Assembly (NCBI GenBank): GCA_050950825.1
Contig: JBMNIH010000004.1
Span: forward strand, 160,001-224,000
DNA length: 64,000 nucleotides
Direction: 5' to 3'
DNA from: Clostridia bacterium
Lineage (GTDB): Bacteria; Bacillota; Clostridia; JAAYHZ01
Part shown: one piece after another, positions 41,436 to 51,425 of the stretch
Layout of the letters: every line of letters starts with the position of its first letter
Position numbering within the stretch: the first letter of the stretch is position 1
Notes under the pieces: model-generated
Told to the model about the DNA's origin: nothing
Seen by the model: only the letters and a program-made list of their open reading frames with translations
Databases searched by the model: none
Translations under genes and position numbers: made by a program

Positions 41436-43037
41436 GTGGAAGAACGACAAAAGGAAATTATTCGGTTCGTAGAACCCGTATTCCGTTTTTGCTTAAGACG
41501 CGTTAACAATCGTCAAGATGCGGAGGATCTTGCAAGCGAAATCATACTGCATGTGCTTGACGGAATGGGAAAATACGAAATTCGCTCGTTGGAGGCATGG
41601 GTCCGGAGGATTGCATATAACCGGTATGCCGTTTTCTGCAAGAATAGAAAAAATCAACCCGAGTTATGCTCGGAAGAATTGGTTATGAACCTAGCCGATG
41701 ATTTTGATGCTTTTAATGAAGAATCAATGGACAATGAAAACGAGACGGTCTTTTACTACCTGCATACCCTTTCTTCCAAGTACAAAAATATTTTGGTTGA
41801 TTACTATATCGGCGAATTGTCGGTAAAAGAGCTTGCGGAAAAGTACGATCTTCCGGAAACGACAATTAAGTGGAGATTGAATATCGGTCGTCAAAGAATT
41901 CGGGACAGAATCAAAGCAAATTCGAAAGGAGATAACGGAATGGACAAGGTGTATAAACGAATCAATTGGAATACGAGGACATGCAACGGATCCATGAATC
42001 CCGACTCGTATATTTCGAACCAAGTATCCCGAGCCATATGCGAAGCCGCATATGAAAAACCGCTTACAATCGAAGAGATTAGCCTCAAAACAGGGCTTCC
42101 CACTATGTATATCGAAGATGCGCTGCCCCGGTTGATTTACGGTGATGCCATCGAAGAGATAAACGGCAAATACGCAACCTGCTTTATTGTCTTGCGTTTA
42201 AAAGATAAAGAACAAATGGAAAAGCAATTCGAACCTTTAATCGACAAAATCGCCGATTATTTTGAAAGCCTGTTTGCCGAATGTGCAATCAAGACGGAAC
42301 GGATGAGCTTTTACGGACACGATTGGGGAATGAAGCGGCTCGGACACATTGCTCTGCCGTTGGCGCTCCGAGAAAAGGTTCGTCGTATTAAGGACGGTAT
42401 CGAATCTCTTGCGGACGGACCCTATCCCCCGCGCAAAGACGGCGGTTACGGTTGGTTCATCGTCGAAGAGGCGGAGGACGAAAGCGATATCGGCGGCAAA
42501 TACGCTTCCGGCTGCAATATTGCATCCGGAGAGGGCGGTTGTATTTATTATTACCACATTCGTAAATATTTCCTTAACAATATTTATAACAACGGCGGGA
42601 CAAGATGGCTTGCGGCAAAAAATATACCGCAAAAATGCAAGGACGGGGTCATTCCAAAGGATGTTTTATCCGAAGACGATATCATTCGGCTTTTACAAGT
42701 AAATCTCATTAAAAAAGCGGATGACGGTTACCGATTACATTTCCCTAGTTTTACACAAGAGCAGTTTGCGGAATTTTCGAATCTGTTTCGGATTACCGAC
42801 ACCAACCTCGATAAAATGCTGACGGAACTGATTATAAGCATAAAAGAGAGCTTTTTAAGCTTTGTTCCGAAGCGTCTTTACAGCCAAATCAACCAATGGA
42901 TTTCCTGCTTTGTTCATTGCATTATCGGCTATGTAACGGATGAGCTTATAGCAAGAAATGCATTGGAAAAACCGGACGATGAAAAGCCGTTTACTTCCGG
43001 CGTATTCTTTGTGGAAGGCAAATACATAAACGTGTGA
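41436..43037 (+). CDS. ECF sigma-70 factor with long C-terminal extension
   Basis: DAEDLASEI, WVRRIAYN, SVKELAEKYDLPETTIKWRL; GTG start with AAAGGAGG RBS. Confidence 0.88.
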   Translation: MEERQKEIIRFVEPVFRFCLRRVNNRQDAEDLASEIILHVLDGMGKYEIRSLEAWVRRIAYNRYAVFCKNRKNQPELCSEELVMNLADDFDAFNEESMDNENETVFYYLHTLSSKYKNILVDYYIGELSVKELAEKYDLPETTIKWRLNIGRQRIRDRIKANSKGDNGMDKVYKRINWNTRTCNGSMNPDSYISNQVSRAICEAAYEKPLTIEEISLKTGLPTMYIEDALPRLIYGDAIEEINGKYATCFIVLRLKDKEQMEKQFEPLIDKIADYFESLFAECAIKTERMSFYGHDWGMKRLGHIALPLALREKVRRIKDGIESLADGPYPPRKDGGYGWFIVEEAEDESDIGGKYASGCNIASGEGGCIYYYHIRKYFLNNIYNNGGTRWLAAKNIPQKCKDGVIPKDVLSEDDIIRLLQVNLIKKADDGYRLHFPSFTQEQFAEFSNLFRITDTNLDKMLTELIISIKESFLSFVPKRLYSQINQWISCFVHCIIGYVTDELIARNALEKPDDEKPFTSGVFFVEGKYINV

Positions 43038-43114
43038 CGTTCAATTTCGGATCGATAAAAGCACGGCAAAAATCGTATTTTCCGTACGGTTTTTGCCGTG
43101 TTTACGTTTTTTTT

Positions 43115-44269
43115 CTATTTGTACCGATGGAGAAGATCCATCATCAGGGTAAAGTTTTTCATAGGGGTTGCGGGAGTAATCAAATTGGAGCATCCTACGA
43201 TGGCACCGCCTAATTCCTTTGCCGCATTGATGGCTTCCATGGTTTGGGCTCTGACTTCATCTTCCGTGCCCGTTTCCAAGGTAGCGGAGCTGATTCCGCC
43301 GAGTACCGTAATATTCGGGTACTTGCTTCTTATGCTCCGTATATCCATGCCGCAAATGCAGTCCGCCTCGTAGTGGGCGTCGATTCCGGAATCGATATAC
43401 AAAGAATCGGCCACGTCCCAAAAATAGCCGTCGCTGCCGAAGGAATGAAAAATACCGTATTCCTTGCACTTGTCCGATATCCGGCGTAAGCGGGGAACGA
43501 TTTGATTTTTGAATACGGCGGGAGAATATAAAAGCCCTCGGTTGCCGGCGCAGTCTCCGCCTCCGAATACGAACTTAGAGCCTACGGCGGCAAGTACGGG
43601 AATGTTTTTTAAAGCTCTGTTCATTTGGACATCCAAATACCGATCCACCAAATCCGGCCGCAGGACGGTGGCTTCCAGCCAAATCGGCTCCGTGTTGGGG
43701 ACGGCTAAGGACAGCCCGCCGGTGTAGGTCGCTTTTTCATATTTAAAATAGGCCATGGTATCCAAATAATCTTTATAAAGCTCAAAGGTCGGATTGTATT
43801 TTTCTTCGTTTTTTTCCATGGTCAAAACGATATCTTCAAGCTTATCTACATCGTCAATGGGAGGTGCCGTGTCTTTTACGCATTGGAACAGCTCGCTTTC
43901 CGGATAGTAGCGCATAATGTAATAGGTTTGGTCGGGGCGCTTGAACAAGAAGGTGTATTCGTCTAAGCGCTCGTCCGGTTTGCGCGGATAGCGCCAATAG
44001 AAATGGCGAACCAAATCGAAATCCAGCTTCGATGCCCAATCCCATGCATCCTGTTTTGATTTTTCCAAGAATTCTTGGTGGGCTTCCTTTCCCTGCCAAA
44101 GGGCCAACGCCTCGCGATAGCGCTGAACGCCGCCTCCAACGTACGCTTCTTTTCCCAATACCTTCGATGCAAAAGCGGAGGATACGGACCCGCAGTATAT
44201 GGGAACATGATCATAAGGTTGCTTGGTATAGGCCATATAGACCCGCCGGTACGAATTCATTGCTTCCAT
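43115..44269 (-). CDS. Uroporphyrinogen decarboxylase superfamily protein (MtaA/CmuA-like)
   Basis: GGDCAG...YSPAVFK, GSDG, VLGGIS...GTEDEVR, TPMKN. Confidence 0.78.
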   Translation of the reverse strand: MEAMNSYRRVYMAYTKQPYDHVPIYCGSVSSAFASKVLGKEAYVGGGVQRYREALALWQGKEAHQEFLEKSKQDAWDWASKLDFDLVRHFYWRYPRKPDERLDEYTFLFKRPDQTYYIMRYYPESELFQCVKDTAPPIDDVDKLEDIVLTMEKNEEKYNPTFELYKDYLDTMAYFKYEKATYTGGLSLAVPNTEPIWLEATVLRPDLVDRYLDVQMNRALKNIPVLAAVGSKFVFGGGDCAGNRGLLYSPAVFKNQIVPRLRRISDKCKEYGIFHSFGSDGYFWDVADSLYIDSGIDAHYEADCICGMDIRSIRSKYPNITVLGGISSATLETGTEDEVRAQTMEAINAAKELGGAIVGCSNLITPATPMKNFTLMMDLLHRYK

Positions 44270-44437
44270 AATGCTTTTCGCCTCTCTTTTTCCGTGTTAC
44301 CGATAATTATAACCGCCTTTGGTGTACGGTGTACATAGAGAATGATAAAAATCAATACCCTTTTATCGATTGTACCTTTAATAAAATCATGCTAACATGA
44401 TTTTTATACGGGACGGTTTTGAAGGAGAGATGTAAAA

Positions 44438-46066
44438 GTGGGTGAAAAATACATTTACACGTTCGACGAATGGATAAATTTTTTCAACGATTCGAGATGC
44501 CGGGAACGATTGGCGGAAATATATGGCGATGACGAAGCATTGATACGAGAACGCATACTTGCCTACAAGACCTTGCTTTCCCGGTTTGATGAAACCTTCG
44601 GAAAAGGAGAACAAGCGGTTATTTCAAGATCTCCGGGGCGGATCAACTTGATGGGAAAGCATACGGACCACCAAGGAGGCTACGCCAATGTAATGGCTAT
44701 CAACAGAGAAATCTTGTGTATGGCATCCCCTCGGTCCGACGACACCGTTTGCATTGCCAATACCGACCCTTTGTTTCGGAAGGCCTCTTTTTCCATATCC
44801 CAATGTTTCGGCGGAAAAGTACCCGACAATTGGTTCGAATATTTGGAGTCGGATATCGTTAAAGAATCCTTTTTCGGCAGCGAAGGACATTGGGTTCATT
44901 ATGTGAAAGGAGCCGTATTGCGTCTTCAAGCGGAATTTAAAGACAAAAAGCTTCGAGGCATGAATATGGTGTATTCCGGGAACATCCCCGTATCCGCAGG
45001 CTTGTCCGGCTCATCCGCCCTTGTTGTCAGCACTTTGGAGGCATGCACCGCGGTAAACGGTATCAATCTGTCCAAGAATCGTTTCGTAGAGCTATGCGGG
45101 GAGGGGGAATGGTACGTCGGATTGAACAACGGCATATCGGACCCTGCCGCCATGAAATATGCGGAAAAAGGACGGCCCGTGAAGCTGGCCTTTAAGCCTT
45201 TCTCCTATGTGAAGACCTTTGACTTTCCCAAGGGGTACAAGATTGTTGTAGCCGATTCCTTGATAAAAGCCAACAAGACGGGAAATGCCAAAAACACGTA
45301 CAACATGAGGGTGGCTACATACGGAATGGGAATGATCCTTTTACGAGAGCTTTTTCCCGAAAAAATGAAGTATGTAGAGCACCTGAGGGATATCCAAAGC
45401 GGACAACGAGGCTTTTCTTCCGAAGACATTTACCGTATGCTCTTGTCTTTTCCCGAGAGCATAGCTTTGAAGGAGCTTTTAGATCGATTGCCGGAAAAAA
45501 AGCGCCAAGAGGTTCACCGTTTGTTGAAGACCCATACACCTGCAATCTTTTATCCGATTCGTGGGGTGATGCTATACGGAATCGCGGAGTGTCACCGGGC
45601 AAGGCTTTGCTCCGATTTGATTGAAGAAGGCAATACGGAGGAATTCGGGCGGTGGATGTCCTTGTGCCACGACGGAGATCGGGTAGCTTATACGGACGAA
45701 AACGGCAAAATGATACCTTACAAAGAGGATGTTTCCGATTCTTATCTTTTGGAGCGGATCGAGGATCTTCAAAGCGGGGATCCGGAAAGAATCAAAAGAA
45801 GCGCTTTGGAAAGACAAAAAGGAAGCTACGCGTGCTCCGTACCGGAGATCGACTATATGGTTGACAAAGCTCTTCGCGTGGAGGGCGTTTTGGGAGCGCA
45901 GATATCCGGTGCAGGGCTGGGAGGATGTATGATGGCATTGGCAAGAAACGATGCGGTTTCGACATTGAAATCATTCCTTGAAAAGGAATATTATGCTCCG
46001 AGAGGGTTGGAGCCTCAAATTTTCATATGCTCTCCGGTGAAAGGCTCCGGTTGTTTGGTACAATGA
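44438..46066 (+). CDS. Galactokinase-like GHMP sugar kinase
   Basis: PGRINLMGKHTDH, IPVSAGLSGSSA, GAGLGGC. Confidence 0.82.
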   Translation: MGEKYIYTFDEWINFFNDSRCRERLAEIYGDDEALIRERILAYKTLLSRFDETFGKGEQAVISRSPGRINLMGKHTDHQGGYANVMAINREILCMASPRSDDTVCIANTDPLFRKASFSISQCFGGKVPDNWFEYLESDIVKESFFGSEGHWVHYVKGAVLRLQAEFKDKKLRGMNMVYSGNIPVSAGLSGSSALVVSTLEACTAVNGINLSKNRFVELCGEGEWYVGLNNGISDPAAMKYAEKGRPVKLAFKPFSYVKTFDFPKGYKIVVADSLIKANKTGNAKNTYNMRVATYGMGMILLRELFPEKMKYVEHLRDIQSGQRGFSSEDIYRMLLSFPESIALKELLDRLPEKKRQEVHRLLKTHTPAIFYPIRGVMLYGIAECHRARLCSDLIEEGNTEEFGRWMSLCHDGDRVAYTDENGKMIPYKEDVSDSYLLERIEDLQSGDPERIKRSALERQKGSYACSVPEIDYMVDKALRVEGVLGAQISGAGLGGCMMALARNDAVSTLKSFLEKEYYAPRGLEPQIFICSPVKGSGCLVQ

Positions 46067-46094
46067 GAGAAGCAATGAAGAAGGATATTTACCT

Positions 46095-47354
46095 ATGAAA
46101 AGACGAAGAATTTTATCTTGGATTGCAACGGCGGCATGGATGGCATTCATTTTTTTCATGTCCCATCAAACGGCTAACGAATCGAATGAATTGAGTGTCG
46201 GTTTATCCGAAAAAATCATAACGGTGTTAAAAAGCCTGTATCCTTCCATTCAAGAGGACGGATTTCCGCTGAATCATTACGTTCGGAAAAGCGCTCACTT
46301 TTTCACCTATATGGTTTTAGGCATTTTAACGTGCAATGCCTTATTGATAGGAAAAAGAAATGAAAAGAAAGCATACATTCAAGGCTTGATCATATGTGTC
46401 CTTTATGCCGTTTCCGATGAAATTCACCAGTTGTTCGTTCCGGGGCGCGGAGGGCAAGTAAAGGATGTCCTTTTAGACAGCGCCGGTTCTTTAACCGGCC
46501 TCTTCGTTTACGGAGGATTTCGTCGTCTGAAGGACAGAATCCGGCTATCGGAGAAAGCAAAAAAACGGCTTAAAAAATTTTCATACTTCGGACTTATTTT
46601 GCTTTTGGTTCTCTTTGTTTACATACAGAATTATACCTTGACGGTATCCGAATTCTCCATTCCGAGCCCCGTCGATAAACCGGTTCGTTTGGTCCATTTG
46701 TCCGACCTTCATAACCAAACCTTCGGAAAAGACAATGGACGATTAATTCGTAGGATTGACAGGTTGGACCCGGATATTATTGTTTTTACGGGAGATCTGA
46801 TTGATCGAAAAACCGTCAATCTTGAAGCCTGCCTTCGAACGATGAAAATGCTTGCGGAAATGGCTCCGGTATATTTTGTTCCGGGGAACCACGAATATTG
46901 GTCGCCTTTGACAAAAGAGCTTTTTGAAGGCTTAAAAAATTCCGGAGTTACGGTATTATCGAACGAGACCGTGGAGGTGGAGATAAGGGGCAATGTTTTG
47001 GAAATTATCGGGATCGATTTCGGGGCCAATCAAGCATACGATTTCGATGACACCGGAACGTCTTCTTATTGTATCCTGTTGAACCACTACCCGGAGGATT
47101 TTTGGCGGTTTAAGGGCAAGGGCGTACACTTGGTGCTTTCGGGCCACGCCCACGGAGGACAGTTTCGATTGCCCTTCGGAGGAGGTCTTTACGCACCGGG
47201 TCAAGGTTTTTTTCCCTATTACGACAGCGGTATATTTCAAGAAGACAATATGTATATGATAGTCAGCCGAGGCTTAGGGAACAGCGTTATTCCTCTTCGA
47301 ATTTTTAACAGACCGGAGATCGTATATGTTGTATTAAAGCCCGATTCGGCTTAA
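46095..47354 (+). CDS. VanZ-like domain fused to metallophosphoesterase
   Basis: RKSAHFFTY, SDEIHQLFVPGR (VanZ); SDLH, TGDLID, GNHE, GHAHGGQ, SRGLG. Confidence 0.88.
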   Translation: MKRRRILSWIATAAWMAFIFFMSHQTANESNELSVGLSEKIITVLKSLYPSIQEDGFPLNHYVRKSAHFFTYMVLGILTCNALLIGKRNEKKAYIQGLIICVLYAVSDEIHQLFVPGRGGQVKDVLLDSAGSLTGLFVYGGFRRLKDRIRLSEKAKKRLKKFSYFGLILLLVLFVYIQNYTLTVSEFSIPSPVDKPVRLVHLSDLHNQTFGKDNGRLIRRIDRLDPDIIVFTGDLIDRKTVNLEACLRTMKMLAEMAPVYFVPGNHEYWSPLTKELFEGLKNSGVTVLSNETVEVEIRGNVLEIIGIDFGANQAYDFDDTGTSSYCILLNHYPEDFWRFKGKGVHLVLSGHAHGGQFRLPFGGGLYAPGQGFFPYYDSGIFQEDNMYMIVSRGLGNSVIPLRIFNRPEIVYVVLKPDSA

Positions 47355-47540
47355 AGCCGCACCTATTTTGATATATTTTATAGGTATCGAAGGAAAACAA
47401 AAGTTAGTGTGAAAGAATGCATTAAAAAACCCGTTGTACATCAAGACGGCGGTAAAACTCCCGTATTCGGAAAGCGGGTACCCTTGACTTAAGGTTGCAG
47501 GAGATTTATGATTTAGAAGGCTAAAGATTTACAGCGAGGT

Positions 47541-48077
47541 TTGAAATTGAATTCGTATTGTGTATTCTGTAAAACGGGAAGCGAGCTGTCGGTCGCTGAA
47601 AAAATAAATATTATCGATAAATCCGTAAATGCCATAGCACCTACAAGGGTGATTCAGGAAAAACGAGGCGGAATATGGGTAAAAAAGCATAAAATTCTGC
47701 TGCCCGGATACGTGTTTTTGTTTTCAAACGAGGATTTGGAAACCGGTCTGATCCGCAATCTGACGGATTTGTACAAGGTGCTGAGCTATGACCGCGGTAT
47801 TCGAACCTTGATAGGAAAGGACAGAGACTATGCCATGTGGATATGGAAATACCACGGAAGCATAGACACGTCCAAGGTTTTAAAGGAAGGCAGACGGGTC
47901 AAAGTGATCGAAGGTCCGCTTTTGGATTGCCACGGCGTGATAAAAAAGCTGGATAAGCATAAAAGAAAGGTTTGGGTCGAATTTGAGTTTGACGGTATGG
48001 CACGCACCATCGTTTTATCCGCCGAATGCGTGGATCCTTCCGATACGAAAGGCGAACCGGAAGGTACGAATGAATGA
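47541..48077 (+). CDS. loaP: NusG-paralog antiterminator, LoaP-like
   Basis: FCKTGSE, LLPGYVF, KOW VKVIEGPL...IKKLDKHKRKV. Confidence 0.75.
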   Translation: MKLNSYCVFCKTGSELSVAEKINIIDKSVNAIAPTRVIQEKRGGIWVKKHKILLPGYVFLFSNEDLETGLIRNLTDLYKVLSYDRGIRTLIGKDRDYAMWIWKYHGSIDTSKVLKEGRRVKVIEGPLLDCHGVIKKLDKHKRKVWVEFEFDGMARTIVLSAECVDPSDTKGEPEGTNE

Positions 48078-48283
48078 AAATGAGAAATTTTCGTCAGGTA
48101 AAACCGCAAGAACGAAAGAAAAATAACGGTAAAAACCATCGCTATCTCCTACAATGTGAATATTTCACATGTGGACTTTTACGGTGTAATCCGGTAAGAT
48201 ACTGAGTATGGTTTTCGAGCTTTGCTTTAACAAAGGACAAGGTTCATTGAAGGTAAACAACAGGTAAAGGATGTGGAATATCA

Positions 48284-49732
48284 TTGGAGACGAAGGCAAC
48301 GGGAAAGCGAGTTCTTGCTTTGGACTTGGTGGAAGCCGGCAGCTCTCTGTCTGACGGGGAAGTCAAAAAAGCAAGAGAACATCTGCCTGACGGAATAACC
48401 TCCGGAATGCTTTACAAAGACATCTTACATATCGCCTGGCCGGCGCTGATGGAATTGGCCTTGACGCAGCTGGTTTCCATGGCCGATATGATGATGGTAG
48501 GGGGGCTGGGCCACTGGGCCATATCCGCGGTAGGTTTAACCACACAACCGAAATTTCTGTTAATGACCATATTTATGGCGTTAAATGTAGGTGCAACGGC
48601 TTTGGTTGCAAGGTACAGAGGCGCCGGAGATTCCGAAAAAGCCAATGCTATTCTGCGTCAAGCATTCATAATGACATTCATCGTTTCCTTTGTAAGCTCG
48701 GTTTTAGGATTCATCTTTGCTCGTCCCATGGTAGCATTTATGGGTGCCGAAACGGAACAGACGTTAATCGAAGGCACCGTATATTTAAAAATTCAAATGG
48801 CCGGTTTAACGGTTGTAGGGCTTACCAGCACCATTACCGCTTGCTTAAGAGGTGTGGGCGATTCGAAAACCGCCATGATTTATAACTTGACGGCAAACAT
48901 CGTCAACGTATTTTTTAACTGGCTGTTGATCAACGGTAATATGGGCTTTCCGGCGTTAGGCGTTGCCGGAGCGTCCATCGCTACGGTAATCGGCCAAACC
49001 GTCGCGTTTATCATGGCAATGGTAGTTATCATTCGCGGAAAACGCTTCTTGGCTTTATCTTTTAAAGAAGGCTTCAAGCTGCAGTGGAGTCATATCAAAA
49101 GCATCATAAATATCGGTATCCCTTCCGCCATCGAGCAATTGATCATGAGGGCGGGAATGATTCTCTATACACTCACCGTAACTTCTTTGGGTGATATGGC
49201 TTATGCCATCCACCAAATCGCTTTGAACATATTGGGGATGTCCTTTATGCTCGGTCAAGCGTTTGCCGTTTCCGCCACCTCTTTAACCGGCCAATGCTTA
49301 GGCAAGAAGAGAACGGATATGGCGGAAGCATACGGACGTCGCACCCGTCGGTCGGGCATGATCGTATCCATCGTCATAGGCGTGATCTTCTTTTTCTTCG
49401 GAGGAAGTCTGACTTGGCTGTACAACAAGGATCCCTTTATTGTTGACCAGGGCGCTCAAATCATGCGCTTGGTGGCGTTTATCATACCGTTTCAGACCTC
49501 CCAGTTTATACTGGCAGGAGCTTTAAGAGGAGCGGGAGATACGAGAGCGACGGCCGTAATCTCTTTATTAACCGTTTTGGCCATACGCCCGGGTCTGTCC
49601 TTTGTGTTCATCAACTTCTTGCACTTCGGCGTTCTGGGTGCTTGGTTTGCTTTGGGTGCGGACCAGCTTCTCCGGTCCGTTCTGGTTATTGCACGCTACA
49701 ACTCCGGAAAATGGAAGCATATTAAGGTTTGA
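48284..49732 (+). CDS. MATE family efflux transporter
   Basis: DMMMVGGLG, LRGVGDSKT, NVFFNWLLI...LGVAGASIAT, LRGAGDT. Confidence 0.92.
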   Translation: METKATGKRVLALDLVEAGSSLSDGEVKKAREHLPDGITSGMLYKDILHIAWPALMELALTQLVSMADMMMVGGLGHWAISAVGLTTQPKFLLMTIFMALNVGATALVARYRGAGDSEKANAILRQAFIMTFIVSFVSSVLGFIFARPMVAFMGAETEQTLIEGTVYLKIQMAGLTVVGLTSTITACLRGVGDSKTAMIYNLTANIVNVFFNWLLINGNMGFPALGVAGASIATVIGQTVAFIMAMVVIIRGKRFLALSFKEGFKLQWSHIKSIINIGIPSAIEQLIMRAGMILYTLTVTSLGDMAYAIHQIALNILGMSFMLGQAFAVSATSLTGQCLGKKRTDMAEAYGRRTRRSGMIVSIVIGVIFFFFGGSLTWLYNKDPFIVDQGAQIMRLVAFIIPFQTSQFILAGALRGAGDTRATAVISLLTVLAIRPGLSFVFINFLHFGVLGAWFALGADQLLRSVLVIARYNSGKWKHIKV

Positions 49733-50158
49733 TCAGCGGATAACCAAATCGATCCCGTTATCGACCAGGTGCTTGATGTACTCTTCTCGGCAATTGCATT
49801 GGTCATGACAGATGCAAATCACGGTTCCGATATTATCCATGATATCGTGCCGAAGAGCGTCGTATTTGACCTTGACCTTGCCGTGCTGCCGTGTGTAGTA
49901 GTACATGAGTACGGCGGTTGCAATCGATGCGATTAAGGCGATAACGTCCGGATAGGTGATATGAGGAAAAAGCTTTCCGGAGTCTTCGAAGGAAGGAAAA
50001 TAGCGTTGGTGATAACGGACGATCCATAAAAAAGGGATGGCGAAAGCAATCGAAGACAAATACAGCTTTCTTAACAAATCGTCTTTGCTTCTTTTTAATT
50101 CGATGATTTTTTCGCTTTTTTTCTGCATGATAAAACTGATTTGGGATTGGTCGTACAC
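49733..50158 (-). CDS. Hypothetical membrane protein with Cys-rich C-terminus
   Basis: Two TM segments; CICHDQCNC; GAGGAG RBS. Confidence 0.65.
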   Translation of the reverse strand: MYDQSQISFIMQKKSEKIIELKRSKDDLLRKLYLSSIAFAIPFLWIVRYHQRYFPSFEDSGKLFPHITYPDVIALIASIATAVLMYYYTRQHGKVKVKYDALRHDIMDNIGTVICICHDQCNCREEYIKHLVDNGIDLVIR

Positions 50159-50296
50159 GTCAATACTCCTCGGAAGTTACCTCTTGCTACATTCTATTAA
50201 CGATATTGAAGATAAATGACTTTAAGTTTTATTCGGCATTCTTCTCTTTATGACGGAATATATATGGATGAGAGTTTATATCTTAAGGTTTAAACC

Positions 50297-51214
50297 ATGT
50301 CCGTTTCTAAACGTCTGGATGAAGTTTTTGAAAACTGCAAAGAGTTTCTTATCGATGAAAAGTCGAAAATCATATTTTTCAGCGATTGCCATCGCGGAAA
50401 CAACAGTTGGGCCGACAATTTCGCAAGAAATCAAAACGTTTATTTTGCCGCTATGCAGTATTACTTGACCGAAGGCTTCACTTATATCGAAATCGGGGAC
50501 GGAGACGAATTGTGGGAAAACAGAAAATTTTCCGTTATAAGAGAAGCCCACAGCCATGCGTTTTGGCTGCTTTCCAAATTCCATCAAAGAAATCGGTTGA
50601 TCATGATTTACGGCAACCACGATATGAACAAGAAAAGCAAACGTTATTTGAAAAGATGGCTGTATTCCTACACGGACAAACGGACCGGCGAAACGGTCCC
50701 CCTTTTTGAAAATATCGAAACCTACGAAGGAATCGTGTTAAAAATACGAGGCACGGATTACAGGTTTTATGTAACCCATGGACACCAAGGACAGCTTTTT
50801 AACGATAAATACTGGAAGGTGAATCGGTTTTTGGTGCGCTACTTTTGGAAGCCCCTGGAGAACTTAGGATTTATGGATCCTACCGGCCCCGGTAAAAGCT
50901 ACGAAGGCAGAGAGAAAAACGATCAAAACATCATTCGATGGATCGAAAAAAAAGATGGATCCGCCATCATTGCCGGTCACAGCCATCGGCCTTCTTTTCC
51001 GAAAAAGGGAAAACCGTTGTACTTTAACGACGGAAGCTGTGTCCATCCGCGGGCGATAACCGGTATTGAAATATGCGATGGAAAAATATCCTTGGTGAAA
51101 TGGAGTATAAAGACCAAGGACGATTACACCCTTTATATAGGGAAGGACATTTTGGAAGGCCCTGAAAATATCATACAATTATTCAAGCGAAGCGAGGAGG
51201 CCGGATCGAAGTAA
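50297..51214 (+). CDS. Calcineurin-like metallophosphoesterase
   Basis: SDCH, GDGDELW, GNHD, HGH, GHSH, YFNDGS. Confidence 0.88.
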   Translation: MSVSKRLDEVFENCKEFLIDEKSKIIFFSDCHRGNNSWADNFARNQNVYFAAMQYYLTEGFTYIEIGDGDELWENRKFSVIREAHSHAFWLLSKFHQRNRLIMIYGNHDMNKKSKRYLKRWLYSYTDKRTGETVPLFENIETYEGIVLKIRGTDYRFYVTHGHQGQLFNDKYWKVNRFLVRYFWKPLENLGFMDPTGPGKSYEGREKNDQNIIRWIEKKDGSAIIAGHSHRPSFPKKGKPLYFNDGSCVHPRAITGIEICDGKISLVKWSIKTKDDYTLYIGKDILEGPENIIQLFKRSEEAGSK

Positions 51215-51425
51215 GATCCGACCTCCTTGTTTTTAAAAAATTATTTCTTGTACCGGTCTGGGCGTATAACGGACTCGCTTCTTTTTTTGTTGTAAAAATG
51301 ATTCTTAACAATCTACTTTATATTTTAATTACTATAATACTGCAAAACATAGAAAATTAAGGTTGAAAGAGCTACGAGGAGAATGATATCAAAACGTCAG
51401 ATAGACCGTATTGAGGCGAAAGGCA

